From the NCBI GenBank assembly GCA_964493765.1, contig CAZBPK010000117.1:1-61404 (forward strand): 61,404 nucleotides of DNA, read 5' to 3'. This document shows positions 27,527-37,343 of this stretch, piece after piece. Both the position numbers and the translations under genes were made by a program. The notes under the pieces were generated by a model. It was given only the letters and a program-made list of their open reading frames with translations, was not told the DNA's origin and ran no database searches. This DNA comes from an uncultured Bacteroidia bacterium. Lineage in GTDB: Bacteria > Bacteroidota > Bacteroidia > J057 > CALLMJ01. Positions within the stretch are counted from its first letter, which is position 1, and each line of letters opens with the position of its first letter.

Positions 27527-30385
27527 ATGGAATTAGAATACATTGAGGTAACAGGAGCAAGAGAACATAACCTAAAAAATATTGATATTACCATTCCCAG
27601 AGATCAATTGGTAGTTGTAACGGGTGTAAGTGGTTCTGGTAAAAGTTCATTAATTTTTGATACAATTTACTCAGAAGGACAAAGAAGATACATTGAAACC
27701 TTTTCTAATTATGTAAGGCAATTCATCGGAAATTTAGAAAGACCCGATGTTGATAAAGTAAATGGTCTTAGCCCTGTAATTGCTATTGACCAAAAAACCA
27801 CCAATAAAAACCCCCGCTCTACTGTAGGAACCGTTACAGATATTTATGATTTTTTTCGTTTATTATACGCACGGATTGGAGAAGCCTATAGCTATGTTTC
27901 GGGAAAAAAAATGGAACAACTTTCTGTAAATGAAATTCTGAATCGTATTTTAAATCAATATAAAAATCGTAAAATTTTTATCCTTGCTCCGATTATTAGA
28001 GGTAGAAAAGGACATTACAGAGAAGAATTACGCAAAATCTTGCAAATGGGTTACCAAGCTCGTATTGATAAAAAAATAACGGATATTAAGCCTGGAATGA
28101 GTTTGGAACGTTATAAAGTTCATGATATTGAAGCAGTTATTGACAAAGTTGATGTGAATGAAGAAAATGCTTCACGTATTGACAAATCGCTTCAATTAGC
28201 CCTTAAAATGGGAAAAAAAACCGTCATCATCTATGATGAACAATCCAATCAAGATAAACTTTTTAGTTTAGCTTTAATGGACCCAGAGTCCGATTTGAGT
28301 TATAATCCACCAGACCCCAATAGTTTTTCCTTTAACTCGCCTTATGGTCAATGTCCTAAATGTCAAGGTCTTGGAATGTTTTATGATATTCCCATTGAAC
28401 AGATTTTAACAAATCCTGAAAAATCCTTATTAAATGGTGCTATTCCTTTACTTACAGAAAGTGAAAATGATGACTTCTATGAAATTCTTCAAGGCTTAAA
28501 AGTTTTTTGTAAAGAACAAAAAATTGACATCAAAAAACCCTTTCAATCTTACCCTAAAAATGTTCAAGATTTGTTGCTTTACGGTGAAGAAGAAATTACA
28601 CTTGAAGAGGAAAATGAGGAAGTCTCTATGATGGAAATCATCTTTGCTAATTTATCACGATTTAAAGGAATTAAAAATTATTTAATTCAATCTTATAATG
28701 AAGCGAATACAACTGTTCAAAACACCATTGAGCCTTATATTAGGCAAGTAAATTGTCCAAGTTGTAATGGAGCAAGGCTCAAAAAGGAAAGTTTATTTTT
28801 TAAAATTGATGATAAAAATATTCATGAAGCTTGTTCTCAAGATTTAGAAGTCCTATTAAATTGGGTAAATGAACTTCCAAATAAACTGACTAATAACCAA
28901 AATCTTATTGCAAAAGAACTTATCAAAGAAATCAAGCAAAGAATAGAATTTTTAATCCAAGTAGGTTTAGGATATTTGAATTTACAAAGACCCTCAGCTA
29001 CCTTATCCGGTGGAGAAGCCCAAAGAATTCGTTTAGCTACCCAAATTGGTACTCAACTTACAGGTGTTACTTATATTTTAGATGAACCCAGCATAGGTTT
29101 GCATCAACGAGATAATTTTAAACTCATTGATTCCTTAAAATCTTTAAGAGATTTAGGGAATTCCGTTCTTGTAGTGGAGCATGACAAAGATATGATGCTG
29201 CATTCAGACTATATTATTGATATTGGTCCGGGAGCAGGTACTCACGGTGGACATGTAGTTGGGTTAGGTAAACCAGAAGATTTTATTAAAATTGAAGGCA
29301 ATATTACCGCTGATTACTTAACCAATAGAAAAGCTATTGTTGTACCTACCAAAAGAAGAGAAGTAAACCCTGACAAAAAATTAATTATAGAAGGTGCAAA
29401 AGGTCATAATCTAAAAAATATTACCGTTGAAATTCCATTAGGCATGTTGGTTTGTGTTACGGGTGTTTCGGGATCAGGAAAATCTTCTTTAATTCGCCAT
29501 ACTTTATATCCTATTTTACATAAGCATGTTTATAATTTCCGCAAAGAAACACTACCTTTTGATAATGTTTATGGCTTAGAACATATTGATAAAGTTATTG
29601 AAGTGGACCAAAGCCCTATAGGAAGAACTCCACGTTCTAATCCTGCAACTTACACCGGTTTATTTACTTTAATCCGTAACCTTTTTGCGGAATTACCAGA
29701 ATCTAAAATAAGAGGTTATGCACCAGGTCGTTTTTCTTTTAACGTTAAAGGAGGACGCTGTGAAACCTGTAAAGGGGGGGGTATGCAAGTGATTGAAATG
29801 AATTTCTTACCTGATGTTCATGTTCCATGCCCTGATTGCAGAGGTAAAAGGTATAATCGTGAAACCTTAGAGGTTCGTTATAAAGGAAAATCTATTAATG
29901 ATGTTCTTGAAATGACTATTGAAAATGCTATCCAATTTTTTGAAAATCAAACTTCTATAAGAAAAAAACTAGAAGTTTTAAATGATGTAGGTCTAGGTTA
30001 TTTAACTATCGGACAATCCTCAACAACTTTATCAGGTGGTGAAGCTCAAAGAATGAAAATCGCTACGGAACTTTCTAAAAAAGACACTGGTAAAACCTTT
30101 TATATTCTAGATGAACCCACAACTGGCTTACATTTCCAAGATATAGATAAATTGATTCAAATCTTAAATAAATTGGTGGGTAAAGGAAATACTGTTTTAG
30201 TTATTGAACACAATTTGGATATTATCAAAGTGGCAGATTATATTATTGATATTGGACCTGAAGGAGGAAGCAAAGGTGGTGAATTAGTGGCTACTGGTAC
30301 TCCTGAGGATATTGCTAAAGTAGAAAATTCTTATACAGGTAAATATTTAAAAATTGAATTAGAACAAAGCATATACTCATGCTAA
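27527..30385 (+). CDS. uvrA: Excinuclease ABC subunit A
   Basis: GAREHNLKNI, two Walker A motifs GVSGSGKSS, two LSGGEAQR signatures, Zn fingers CPKC/CPSC and CETC/CPDC. Confidence 0.98.
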   Translation: MELEYIEVTGAREHNLKNIDITIPRDQLVVVTGVSGSGKSSLIFDTIYSEGQRRYIETFSNYVRQFIGNLERPDVDKVNGLSPVIAIDQKTTNKNPRSTVGTVTDIYDFFRLLYARIGEAYSYVSGKKMEQLSVNEILNRILNQYKNRKIFILAPIIRGRKGHYREELRKILQMGYQARIDKKITDIKPGMSLERYKVHDIEAVIDKVDVNEENASRIDKSLQLALKMGKKTVIIYDEQSNQDKLFSLALMDPESDLSYNPPDPNSFSFNSPYGQCPKCQGLGMFYDIPIEQILTNPEKSLLNGAIPLLTESENDDFYEILQGLKVFCKEQKIDIKKPFQSYPKNVQDLLLYGEEEITLEEENEEVSMMEIIFANLSRFKGIKNYLIQSYNEANTTVQNTIEPYIRQVNCPSCNGARLKKESLFFKIDDKNIHEACSQDLEVLLNWVNELPNKLTNNQNLIAKELIKEIKQRIEFLIQVGLGYLNLQRPSATLSGGEAQRIRLATQIGTQLTGVTYILDEPSIGLHQRDNFKLIDSLKSLRDLGNSVLVVEHDKDMMLHSDYIIDIGPGAGTHGGHVVGLGKPEDFIKIEGNITADYLTNRKAIVVPTKRREVNPDKKLIIEGAKGHNLKNITVEIPLGMLVCVTGVSGSGKSSLIRHTLYPILHKHVYNFRKETLPFDNVYGLEHIDKVIEVDQSPIGRTPRSNPATYTGLFTLIRNLFAELPESKIRGYAPGRFSFNVKGGRCETCKGGGMQVIEMNFLPDVHVPCPDCRGKRYNRETLEVRYKGKSINDVLEMTIENAIQFFENQTSIRKKLEVLNDVGLGYLTIGQSSTTLSGGEAQRMKIATELSKKDTGKTFYILDEPTTGLHFQDIDKLIQILNKLVGKGNTVLVIEHNLDIIKVADYIIDIGPEGGSKGGELVATGTPEDIAKVENSYTGKYLKIELEQSIYSC

Positions 30386-30714
30386 TATTTCATATTACTA
30401 CCCCTGAACTTTGGCAAACTGCTTTAAATAGAGGAATTTATGAATGCCCTTCTTTAAAAGAAGTAGGTTTTATTCATTGTTCTACGATTGAACATTTGTT
30501 GGATAGTGCTAATATTCATTTTAAAGATGTTGAAGCAGAAGAACTTATAGTTTTGCATATCCCTGAAAAAAAAGTTCGCCAAAATTTAAAATGGGAAATC
30601 ACAAGAAATGAAATTTCTTTTCCTCATATTTACAGCAAAATACCTACAGAAGTAATCCAAGACATTAGCTTATTGGAAAGAAACGCTGAAGGATTATGGG
30701 TTTTTAGTGAATAG
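30379..30714 (+). CDS. DUF952 family protein
   Basis: IFHITTPELW, SLKEVGFIHCST, FPHIY. Confidence 0.88.
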   Translation: MLIFHITTPELWQTALNRGIYECPSLKEVGFIHCSTIEHLLDSANIHFKDVEAEELIVLHIPEKKVRQNLKWEITRNEISFPHIYSKIPTEVIQDISLLERNAEGLWVFSE

Positions 30715-30741
30715 TTATTGATAGTAAAGCCACAAAGTTAT

Positions 30742-30771
30742 AAAAAAAGCTGCCTTGAGAGGCAGCTTTTT
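30742..30771. terminator. Bidirectional intrinsic terminator between convergent DUF952 and gdhA
   Basis: A7-GCTGCCT-TGAG-AGGCAGC-T5. Confidence 0.88.
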
Positions 30772-30792
30772 GGTCTAAATTATTCATTCAAA

Positions 30793-32076
30793 TTAATATT
30801 TACCAAGCATTTGTAAGCCTTTAGCGACTCTACCCACACCCACAATATAGGCAGCAGTTCTCATAGAAACTTTATGTAATTGAGAAGTTGTGAAAACCTC
30901 TTCAAAAGCTGCATTGATAATTGCATCATGACGAGCATTAATTTCTTCTTCCGTATAATAATGACCTCTACGATTTTGTACCCACTCTAAATAAGAAACC
31001 GTTACACCACCAGCATTAGCCAAAATATCGGGTATAGCAATAATTCCTTTACTATCAATAATGGGGTCAGCTTCAGCAGCAACAGGACCATTAGCACCTT
31101 CAACAATTAATTTTGCTTTAATATCATTTGCATTTTTTGCAGTAATAACATTTTCTAAAGCCGCTGGAACTAAAATATCTACCTCTAAAGCTAAAAGCTG
31201 TTCATTGGTAATTTTTTCACCACCATCAAAACCTTTTAAACCATCTCTACCATTACTATCACGGTATTTAATTGCATCAGAAATTAAAAATCCTTTAGGA
31301 TTATAATAAGCACCAGAAATATCAGAGATAGCAACTACTTTAATACCTTGTTGAGAAAGTAATTTTGCACCTATGGAGCCTACATTACCAAAACCCTGAA
31401 CAGCAGCAGTGCAATCTTGAGGTTTTTTTCCAATTTTTTTCAATGCAGCAAGGGTATTCACCATTACTCCACGACCTGTAGCTTCTACTCTACCTTTTGA
31501 ACCCCCTAATTCAATGGGTTTTCCTGTAACTACACCAGGGTAAAATTTACCACCATTTAATTGAGAAAATTCAGAAACTATCCATGCCATTTCTCTACCA
31601 CTGGTATTAACATCAGGAGCGGGTATATCTAAATCTACACCAAAAACATCTACCATTGCACGAGTATATTTTCTGGTAAGTCTTTCTAATTCACCAACGC
31701 TCATTTCTTTTGGGTTACATTGAATCCCCCCTTTACCACCACCATAAGGTAAATTAACTACTGCACATTTCCATGTCATCCAAGCAGCTAATGCTTTAAC
31801 TTCATCTAAATCTACAGCCATATCATAACGAATACCACCTTTAGAAGGACCTAAAACAGTGGAATGTATTACTCTATATGCAGGAAAAACTTTGGTAGTT
31901 CCATTATCCATTTCTACGGGTAAATTAACCCAAACAATTTTTGAAGGTTGAGATAATATATCTCTTTCTCTTTGACCTAAATTCAAGATGTCAGCTGCTG
32001 AATAGAATCTAGCTAACATGGATTCATAGGGATTGATGTGCTGTTTTTCTTCCATTTCTTTTTTATTTTTTGCCAT
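30793..32076 (-). CDS. gdhA: Glutamate (Glu/Leu/Phe/Val) dehydrogenase
   Basis: GPSKGGIRY, MTWKCA, PYGGGKGG, DIPAPD, VTGKP, QGFGNVG, EGANGP, ANAGGVTVSYLEWVQN. Confidence 0.92.
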   Translation of the reverse strand: MAKNKKEMEEKQHINPYESMLARFYSAADILNLGQRERDILSQPSKIVWVNLPVEMDNGTTKVFPAYRVIHSTVLGPSKGGIRYDMAVDLDEVKALAAWMTWKCAVVNLPYGGGKGGIQCNPKEMSVGELERLTRKYTRAMVDVFGVDLDIPAPDVNTSGREMAWIVSEFSQLNGGKFYPGVVTGKPIELGGSKGRVEATGRGVMVNTLAALKKIGKKPQDCTAAVQGFGNVGSIGAKLLSQQGIKVVAISDISGAYYNPKGFLISDAIKYRDSNGRDGLKGFDGGEKITNEQLLALEVDILVPAALENVITAKNANDIKAKLIVEGANGPVAAEADPIIDSKGIIAIPDILANAGGVTVSYLEWVQNRRGHYYTEEEINARHDAIINAAFEEVFTTSQLHKVSMRTAAYIVGVGRVAKGLQMLGKY

Positions 32077-32228
32077 TTTAAATTGCGATTAAGTTGTTTT
32101 TTGCTGCAAATATAACTTTCTTTTTTTTATTCACAAAAAATCCTTTCATTTTACCCGTCAACACTATTTTTTTACCTTTAAAACCTTTTCATTTCTTTTT
32201 TTGTTTTTGTTTATATTAAATTTGCAAT

Positions 32229-33494
32229 GTGAAAAATATTTTTCATTTTTTCTTTGAAGCCTTAAAATTATCTTGGAAAGCCATTTTATCTCATCGTTTA
32301 AGAACTCTTCTTACCATGTTGGGAATTTCTATTGGTATCTTTTCAATTACAATGATTTTTACTTTGGTAAATACCCTCCAATATAGTGTTACATTAAATT
32401 TGAGTAGTTTAGGAAGCACTATTTTATATGTTCATAATTGGCCATGGAAAGATAACTCAGAAGACTGGTTCAAATATTTTAATCGTCCCAAAGTTAGCCT
32501 TGCGGATTATGAAAAACTAAAAAATGAGTTAAAATCTGCTTCTGCCATCAACTTCTCCTACATAAAAAATGGTAGCACAGTAAAATATTTAAAAAAAACC
32601 GCAGAAGGCACTCAAGTTGTGGGTTGTACACGCGATTTTGTATTTGTTAATAATTTTGAAATGGAAAAAGGAAGATTTTTATCCGAATTTGAAATTTCTG
32701 GTGGTAGAAAAAACTGTGTTTTAGGTAATCAAATTGCTAAAAACCTTTTTGGTCCTTTTGCTAATCCTATTGGTGAAGAAATTATGATTAAAGGAAAAAA
32801 ATTTAAGGTTGTTGGGGTAATTGCTCCTCAAGGTGATATGAACATTTTCGGTCCTAGTATTGATTTTCAAGTCATTATACCCTATTCTACTTTTGCTAAT
32901 ACTTTTGATGTAACTAAGAGAAGTGTAGATAGATTAATAACCGTCAAAGCAGAAAGCCCTGAAAAAGTTTATGAAGTAGAAAATCAAATTATTGGATTAA
33001 TTCGTGCAAAAAGAGGTTTAAAACCCTCCCAAGAAGATAATTTCTCTATAAATAAACAAGAAGCACTCATGAAGCAATTTGACCAAATTTTTGGAGCTTT
33101 AAATATCGGTGGAACGGTTATTTCATTGTTTTCGCTTTTAGTGGGTGGTTTTGGTATTGCCAATATTATGTTTGTTTCCGTTAAAGAACGCACCGTTGAA
33201 ATTGGCATTCAAAAATCTTTGGGTAGCACTCAATGGTTTATTTTGCAACAGTTTTTACTTGAATCTATTATTCTTTGTGTTTTGGGTGGTTTAATTGGTA
33301 TCTTTTTCTTACTTGCTATTAGTGGATTACTTCAATGGTTTATTTATATGGCTGATTTAAAATTGTTTATGACCATTAAGTGGCAAGATATAGCCTTAGG
33401 AATTGGATTAAGTGTAATCATTGGTATTATTTCTGGATTTTTACCCGCCTACACTGCTTCCAAATTAGACCCTGTTGAAGCCATGCGTTCCTAA
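32229..33494 (+). CDS. ABC transporter permease (MacB/FtsX family)
   Basis: LRTLLTMLGISIG, GIANIMFVSVKERTVEIGIQKSLG, ASKLDPVEAMR; GTG start. Confidence 0.9.
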   Translation: MKNIFHFFFEALKLSWKAILSHRLRTLLTMLGISIGIFSITMIFTLVNTLQYSVTLNLSSLGSTILYVHNWPWKDNSEDWFKYFNRPKVSLADYEKLKNELKSASAINFSYIKNGSTVKYLKKTAEGTQVVGCTRDFVFVNNFEMEKGRFLSEFEISGGRKNCVLGNQIAKNLFGPFANPIGEEIMIKGKKFKVVGVIAPQGDMNIFGPSIDFQVIIPYSTFANTFDVTKRSVDRLITVKAESPEKVYEVENQIIGLIRAKRGLKPSQEDNFSINKQEALMKQFDQIFGALNIGGTVISLFSLLVGGFGIANIMFVSVKERTVEIGIQKSLGSTQWFILQQFLLESIILCVLGGLIGIFFLLAISGLLQWFIYMADLKLFMTIKWQDIALGIGLSVIIGIISGFLPAYTASKLDPVEAMRS

Positions 33495-33515
33495 ATTGTT
33501 TTTCAAATCACCAAT

Positions 33516-34169
33516 ATGGATATTAAACAAGAAGTAAAACAAGTTTTAACCATTCTTAAACAACACATTCCCAATCCTCAAACAGAATTAGAATACCAAA
33601 CTCCTTTTCAATTGATGATTGCGGTGATTTTATCCGCACAATGCACTGACAAAAGGGTCAATCAAGTTACACCTAGTCTTTTTGAAAAATTCCCTGATGC
33701 TCAATCCTTATCAAAAGCAACTTTTGAAGAAGTCTTTCCTTTAATCAAATCCATTTCTTACCCTAATAACAAGTCTAAACATATCCTAGAAGCATCTAAA
33801 ATTTTGATAGAAAATTATGATGGAGAAATTCCCAATTCTTTAGAGGAACTCACTAAAATTCCGGGAGTAGGAAGAAAAACCGCAAATGTTTTACTCTCTG
33901 TTCTTTATAACCAACCTGCTATGGCTGTTGATACTCATGTTCAGAGAGTTGTGAATAGATTGGGTTGGGTAAAAACCAAAAATCCTTTACAAACAGAAAA
34001 AGCTCTTTTAGAACTTATTGAACCTCAAGATATTCCTGATGCACATCATTTAATCATACTCCATGGTCGTTATACATGCAAAGCCAAAAATCCTGATTGT
34101 TCCAATTGCCCAATTACACTTTATTGTGATGAATATCAAGAAAAATATCAAAATACTTTATCAAAATAG
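33516..34169 (+). CDS. nth: Endonuclease III
   Basis: VILSAQCTDKRVN, HhH IPGVGRKTANV, AVDTHV, 4Fe-4S CKAKNPDCSNCPITLYC. Confidence 0.96.
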   Translation: MDIKQEVKQVLTILKQHIPNPQTELEYQTPFQLMIAVILSAQCTDKRVNQVTPSLFEKFPDAQSLSKATFEEVFPLIKSISYPNNKSKHILEASKILIENYDGEIPNSLEELTKIPGVGRKTANVLLSVLYNQPAMAVDTHVQRVVNRLGWVKTKNPLQTEKALLELIEPQDIPDAHHLIILHGRYTCKAKNPDCSNCPITLYCDEYQEKYQNTLSK

Positions 34170-34176
34170 ATAATTT

Positions 34177-34309
34177 GGGCGTGCCCTTTGCTGCGCTGCA
34201 GGTCGGGCTTGCTTAGGGCTTCGCTAATCGCTACGGCAATCCTTTTTCTGCCTCGTTAAACTCAGCATCAAAAGGCAGTGCCACTTCGTGCCCTACGCAT
34301 CCCTCACGC
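34177..34309 (+). repeat. Dispersed structured repeat, copy 3
   Basis: Same termini and core; different apical loop; 7 nt after the nth stop codon. Confidence 0.9.
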
Positions 34310-34349
34310 TTATCATGCAATAAAATTGCATTTATTTGCAATAATCCAA

Positions 34350-35417
34350 TCAATATGATGCTTGTAATTCAGGGTGTTGATGAAAATAATTATCAATATG
34401 TTTATTCATCACATAAAACCAAAGTGGTGGAATTAATGACAAAATCATCATTCCAGGATAACCAGTTGGCATTTGTGGAGCATTTTCATGATGATTTAAA
34501 ATTTGGTATTTCCTACTAGCTTTATAGTGATGGTCTGAGTGTCTTGAAAGTTCAAATAAAAAGATTCTTCCCAATATATGATTGGAATTCCAAGAATGAT
34601 GTGGCATGACTCGTTCATAAATATTGGGTTTGATTTCTTTTCTTGCAAGTCCATAATGCTCAATATAATTCACAGTTTCTAAAAGTAACCAGCCAAAAAT
34701 TGATGCTATGATGAAACATAAAGTTACAAATCCATTGGTAAAAAAATAGATTGAAAGAACAAAAGCAATTTGAAAAATTTGAAATCTTAACATTTCATTT
34801 TGAAAAGACCCAAAAGATAAATTTTTATTTTTAAGTCTTTGAATTTCAATTTTCCATGCGGAAATATAAGAATTGATTATGGATCTCAACCAAAAAGCAT
34901 AGACAGTTTCATTTCTTCTAGAAGAAGCAGGGTCATGAGGAGTTGAAACATTTTTGTGATGACCTCGGTTATGTTCTATATAAAAGTGCATGTAAAGTGT
35001 AGATAAAAGCAAAAGTTTTGCAAAAATTCTTTCATGGGGTTTTACTCTGTGCCCTAATTCATGTGCAACATTAATTCCAAAAACTCCATTTAAAACCCCC
35101 ATGGTAGTTATATATCCTGAAATTTCTAACCATGATAAATTGGGAGTTTGGAGCCTAATCAAAAATAAATATAATAACGCAAATTGAATAGGAACTACCA
35201 AATACACCAAAATATCATAATAAAAATCATCTTTGACAAGCTCTTCTTCCATTTTAGATAAATTTTTTTCATCAGGCTTAAAAAAAAGTTCTAAAAGTGG
35301 TATTAATCCAAATGCAAAAAATAGCAAAAGAAAGCTTTTGATTCCTGTTGAATGAAAAGAAACAAAAGCACAATAGGGAATTAAAATTACCCAAAGATAT
35401 TTAAGTTTTCTTGCCAT
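34350..35417 (-). CDS. alkB: Alkane 1-monooxygenase (AlkB-type membrane non-heme diiron)
   Basis: His boxes HELGH, EHNRGHH, NYIEHYG, LSRHSDHH; PQMPTGYP. Confidence 0.9.
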   Translation of the reverse strand: MARKLKYLWVILIPYCAFVSFHSTGIKSFLLLFFAFGLIPLLELFFKPDEKNLSKMEEELVKDDFYYDILVYLVVPIQFALLYLFLIRLQTPNLSWLEISGYITTMGVLNGVFGINVAHELGHRVKPHERIFAKLLLLSTLYMHFYIEHNRGHHKNVSTPHDPASSRRNETVYAFWLRSIINSYISAWKIEIQRLKNKNLSFGSFQNEMLRFQIFQIAFVLSIYFFTNGFVTLCFIIASIFGWLLLETVNYIEHYGLARKEIKPNIYERVMPHHSWNSNHILGRIFLFELSRHSDHHYKASRKYQILNHHENAPQMPTGYPGMMILSLIPPLWFYVMNKHIDNYFHQHPELQASY

Positions 35418-35503
35418 AATCTAAACAATTTTATGCAAATATAATCCAATTAACTACAAATCGAACTTTTTTTTCAAACTTTTAGGCAATTATTGGGTTG
35501 CAT

Positions 35504-35625
35504 GCGTGAGGGATGCGGAGGGTTTAGCACTGCCTTTGACTGCGAAGTATGAGCAGACAAAGGATTGCCGAAGCGATAGCGAAGCCCGTAGCAGCCCGAC
35601 CCGAAGCGAAGCAAGGGGCACGCCC
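35504..35625 (-). repeat. Dispersed structured repeat, copy 4
   Basis: Reverse complement GGGCGTGCCCC...ATCCCTCACGC; 17 nt after the M23 stop codon. Confidence 0.9.
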
Positions 35626-35642
35626 AAATAAAATTTTATAAA

Positions 35643-36608
35643 CTATAAAATTTCGTCTAAAAATACAATTTTCTCAAATTCTTCTTTTAAAAAAGGCAAA
35701 TCTAAAAAGGGGGTTCTTTCAAAAGTTTGAGTATAAATATTTTCTTTGTGGTTAAAACGAGTGGGATAGTAACACATTTCTATTATGGTTTCAGAAGCTT
35801 TGAGTTTTAATTCAGAAATATTGGATAAATGATTTCTTACTTTTTCGGTTTTACAAGATTGAATGACTTTTTCTAATTTATGGGAGTTATATTCAGAAGG
35901 TTGCCAATAATGATTGTTATTTTGAGAATCATGAAACTGAGGCATATCACCCGCTAACCATATAGAATTCAATCCATTATAAGGAAAAGGATCAATAGGT
36001 TCACAATTAAGCCAAACATTAAAATGAACATGAGGTACTCCAAAGGGAAAAGTAATCATTCCATCAATTCCGCTATATCCGGACAATGCTATAGGTTGGC
36101 CTCTTTGTACAATATCTCCTACCTTTACTAAGGTTCTAGCTAAATGTGCATAGGTAGTCATTAAACCGTTACCATGGTCAATAAAAATTTTTTTACCCCC
36201 TCTATTAAATTCAGAACGAATACTAACTACTTCACCGGGTGCAGCCGTGCAAACGGTACTACCCACAGGTATGGAAAAATCTGTTCCATTATGGCTGTTA
36301 TAAGTTAGCTTTTTTCCTCTGAAGTCCAAAATTTGAGTTTTTTCCACAGACCAACCTTGTTCAATTGGGGTTTGTGTATGGTTAAATAAATTGGTAATTA
36401 TGATAGTTTTATCCAAAAAGGGTTTTCCTCTCCAAAGTTTAGTTCCGATTTTGGGATACAATTGCTTTAAACTGGAAAGTCCAAATTTTGATCGGGGAAT
36501 ATCTTTTTCACCAAATAATGTAACTAATGCTTGTTGAAAACTTTGCTTGTAGGGAGCAAGCCCCATCACTTCAGCAAATAATTTTAAGTCATTAGACTTT
36601 TTTATCAT
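35643..36608 (-). CDS. M23 family metallopeptidase without obvious signal peptide
   Basis: HNGTDF, GLMTTYAHL, HVHF zinc motifs. Confidence 0.82.
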   Translation of the reverse strand: MIKKSNDLKLFAEVMGLAPYKQSFQQALVTLFGEKDIPRSKFGLSSLKQLYPKIGTKLWRGKPFLDKTIIITNLFNHTQTPIEQGWSVEKTQILDFRGKKLTYNSHNGTDFSIPVGSTVCTAAPGEVVSIRSEFNRGGKKIFIDHGNGLMTTYAHLARTLVKVGDIVQRGQPIALSGYSGIDGMITFPFGVPHVHFNVWLNCEPIDPFPYNGLNSIWLAGDMPQFHDSQNNNHYWQPSEYNSHKLEKVIQSCKTEKVRNHLSNISELKLKASETIIEMCYYPTRFNHKENIYTQTFERTPFLDLPFLKEEFEKIVFLDEIL

Positions 36609-36771
36609 TTAATACTTTTATTTTTTGCAAATATATGAAATATTGAATTTTATGTCAATAGAAACTGTAAAAAAATGAATTTTAATTTTTAAATTGAATA
36701 TTTTGAATGAAATGATGTTTTGAAAATATATTTTTAAAGTGTTAAAAAGTTTCTATAATTTTGCTTTTGTT

Positions 36772-37338
36772 ATGATGGAACAAATTTTTGAAATTGGTCA
36801 AAGAAATTATCCCATTGAAGATTGTTATATTGTGGGTTTTTTTGAAGATGGAATGGATAAAGAAATCCAATGGAACATTGTAGTGGAATTCCCGGGTGAA
36901 GATGTTTATGCTTCTTTTGAAAATATTTTAATTAATGGAGTTAGAAATTTTAACGACCTCCAAAACAAAGAATTTAATATTGAAGAAGATGATAGTGAGG
37001 AAAGTTTTGTTTATGAAGGAGTTGATGAAGAATTGATATTTGTTGATTCTATTGAATTTTTTGAAATTGATCATGAAAATGAAACTATTACTGTTCAAAT
37101 TAATGGATTTGCTGCTGATGAGTTGCCCGATAATGAAGATTCTGAAGAAATGGAATTAGAGGGTGAAGATTTAGAAATAGTTTTGAATCCACAATTTGAA
37201 GGTATTTACTTCATAACTAAAAACAAAAAGAATGTTGAAAAATTTGTAAAAGATTTCATGAAAAAAGATTTGGATTCCGTTGATATTGAATATGAAGAAG
37301 AAGACGGTGTCTGGAATTGCATCATTACCTATAATTAA
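36772..37338 (+). CDS. Highly acidic hypothetical protein
   Basis: 188 aa from ATG 36772, about 53 Asp/Glu versus 11 Lys/Arg by hand count; preceded by a TAATTTTG box. Confidence 0.75.
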   Translation: MMEQIFEIGQRNYPIEDCYIVGFFEDGMDKEIQWNIVVEFPGEDVYASFENILINGVRNFNDLQNKEFNIEEDDSEESFVYEGVDEELIFVDSIEFFEIDHENETITVQINGFAADELPDNEDSEEMELEGEDLEIVLNPQFEGIYFITKNKKNVEKFVKDFMKKDLDSVDIEYEEEDGVWNCIITYN

Positions 37339-37343
37339 TTTTT

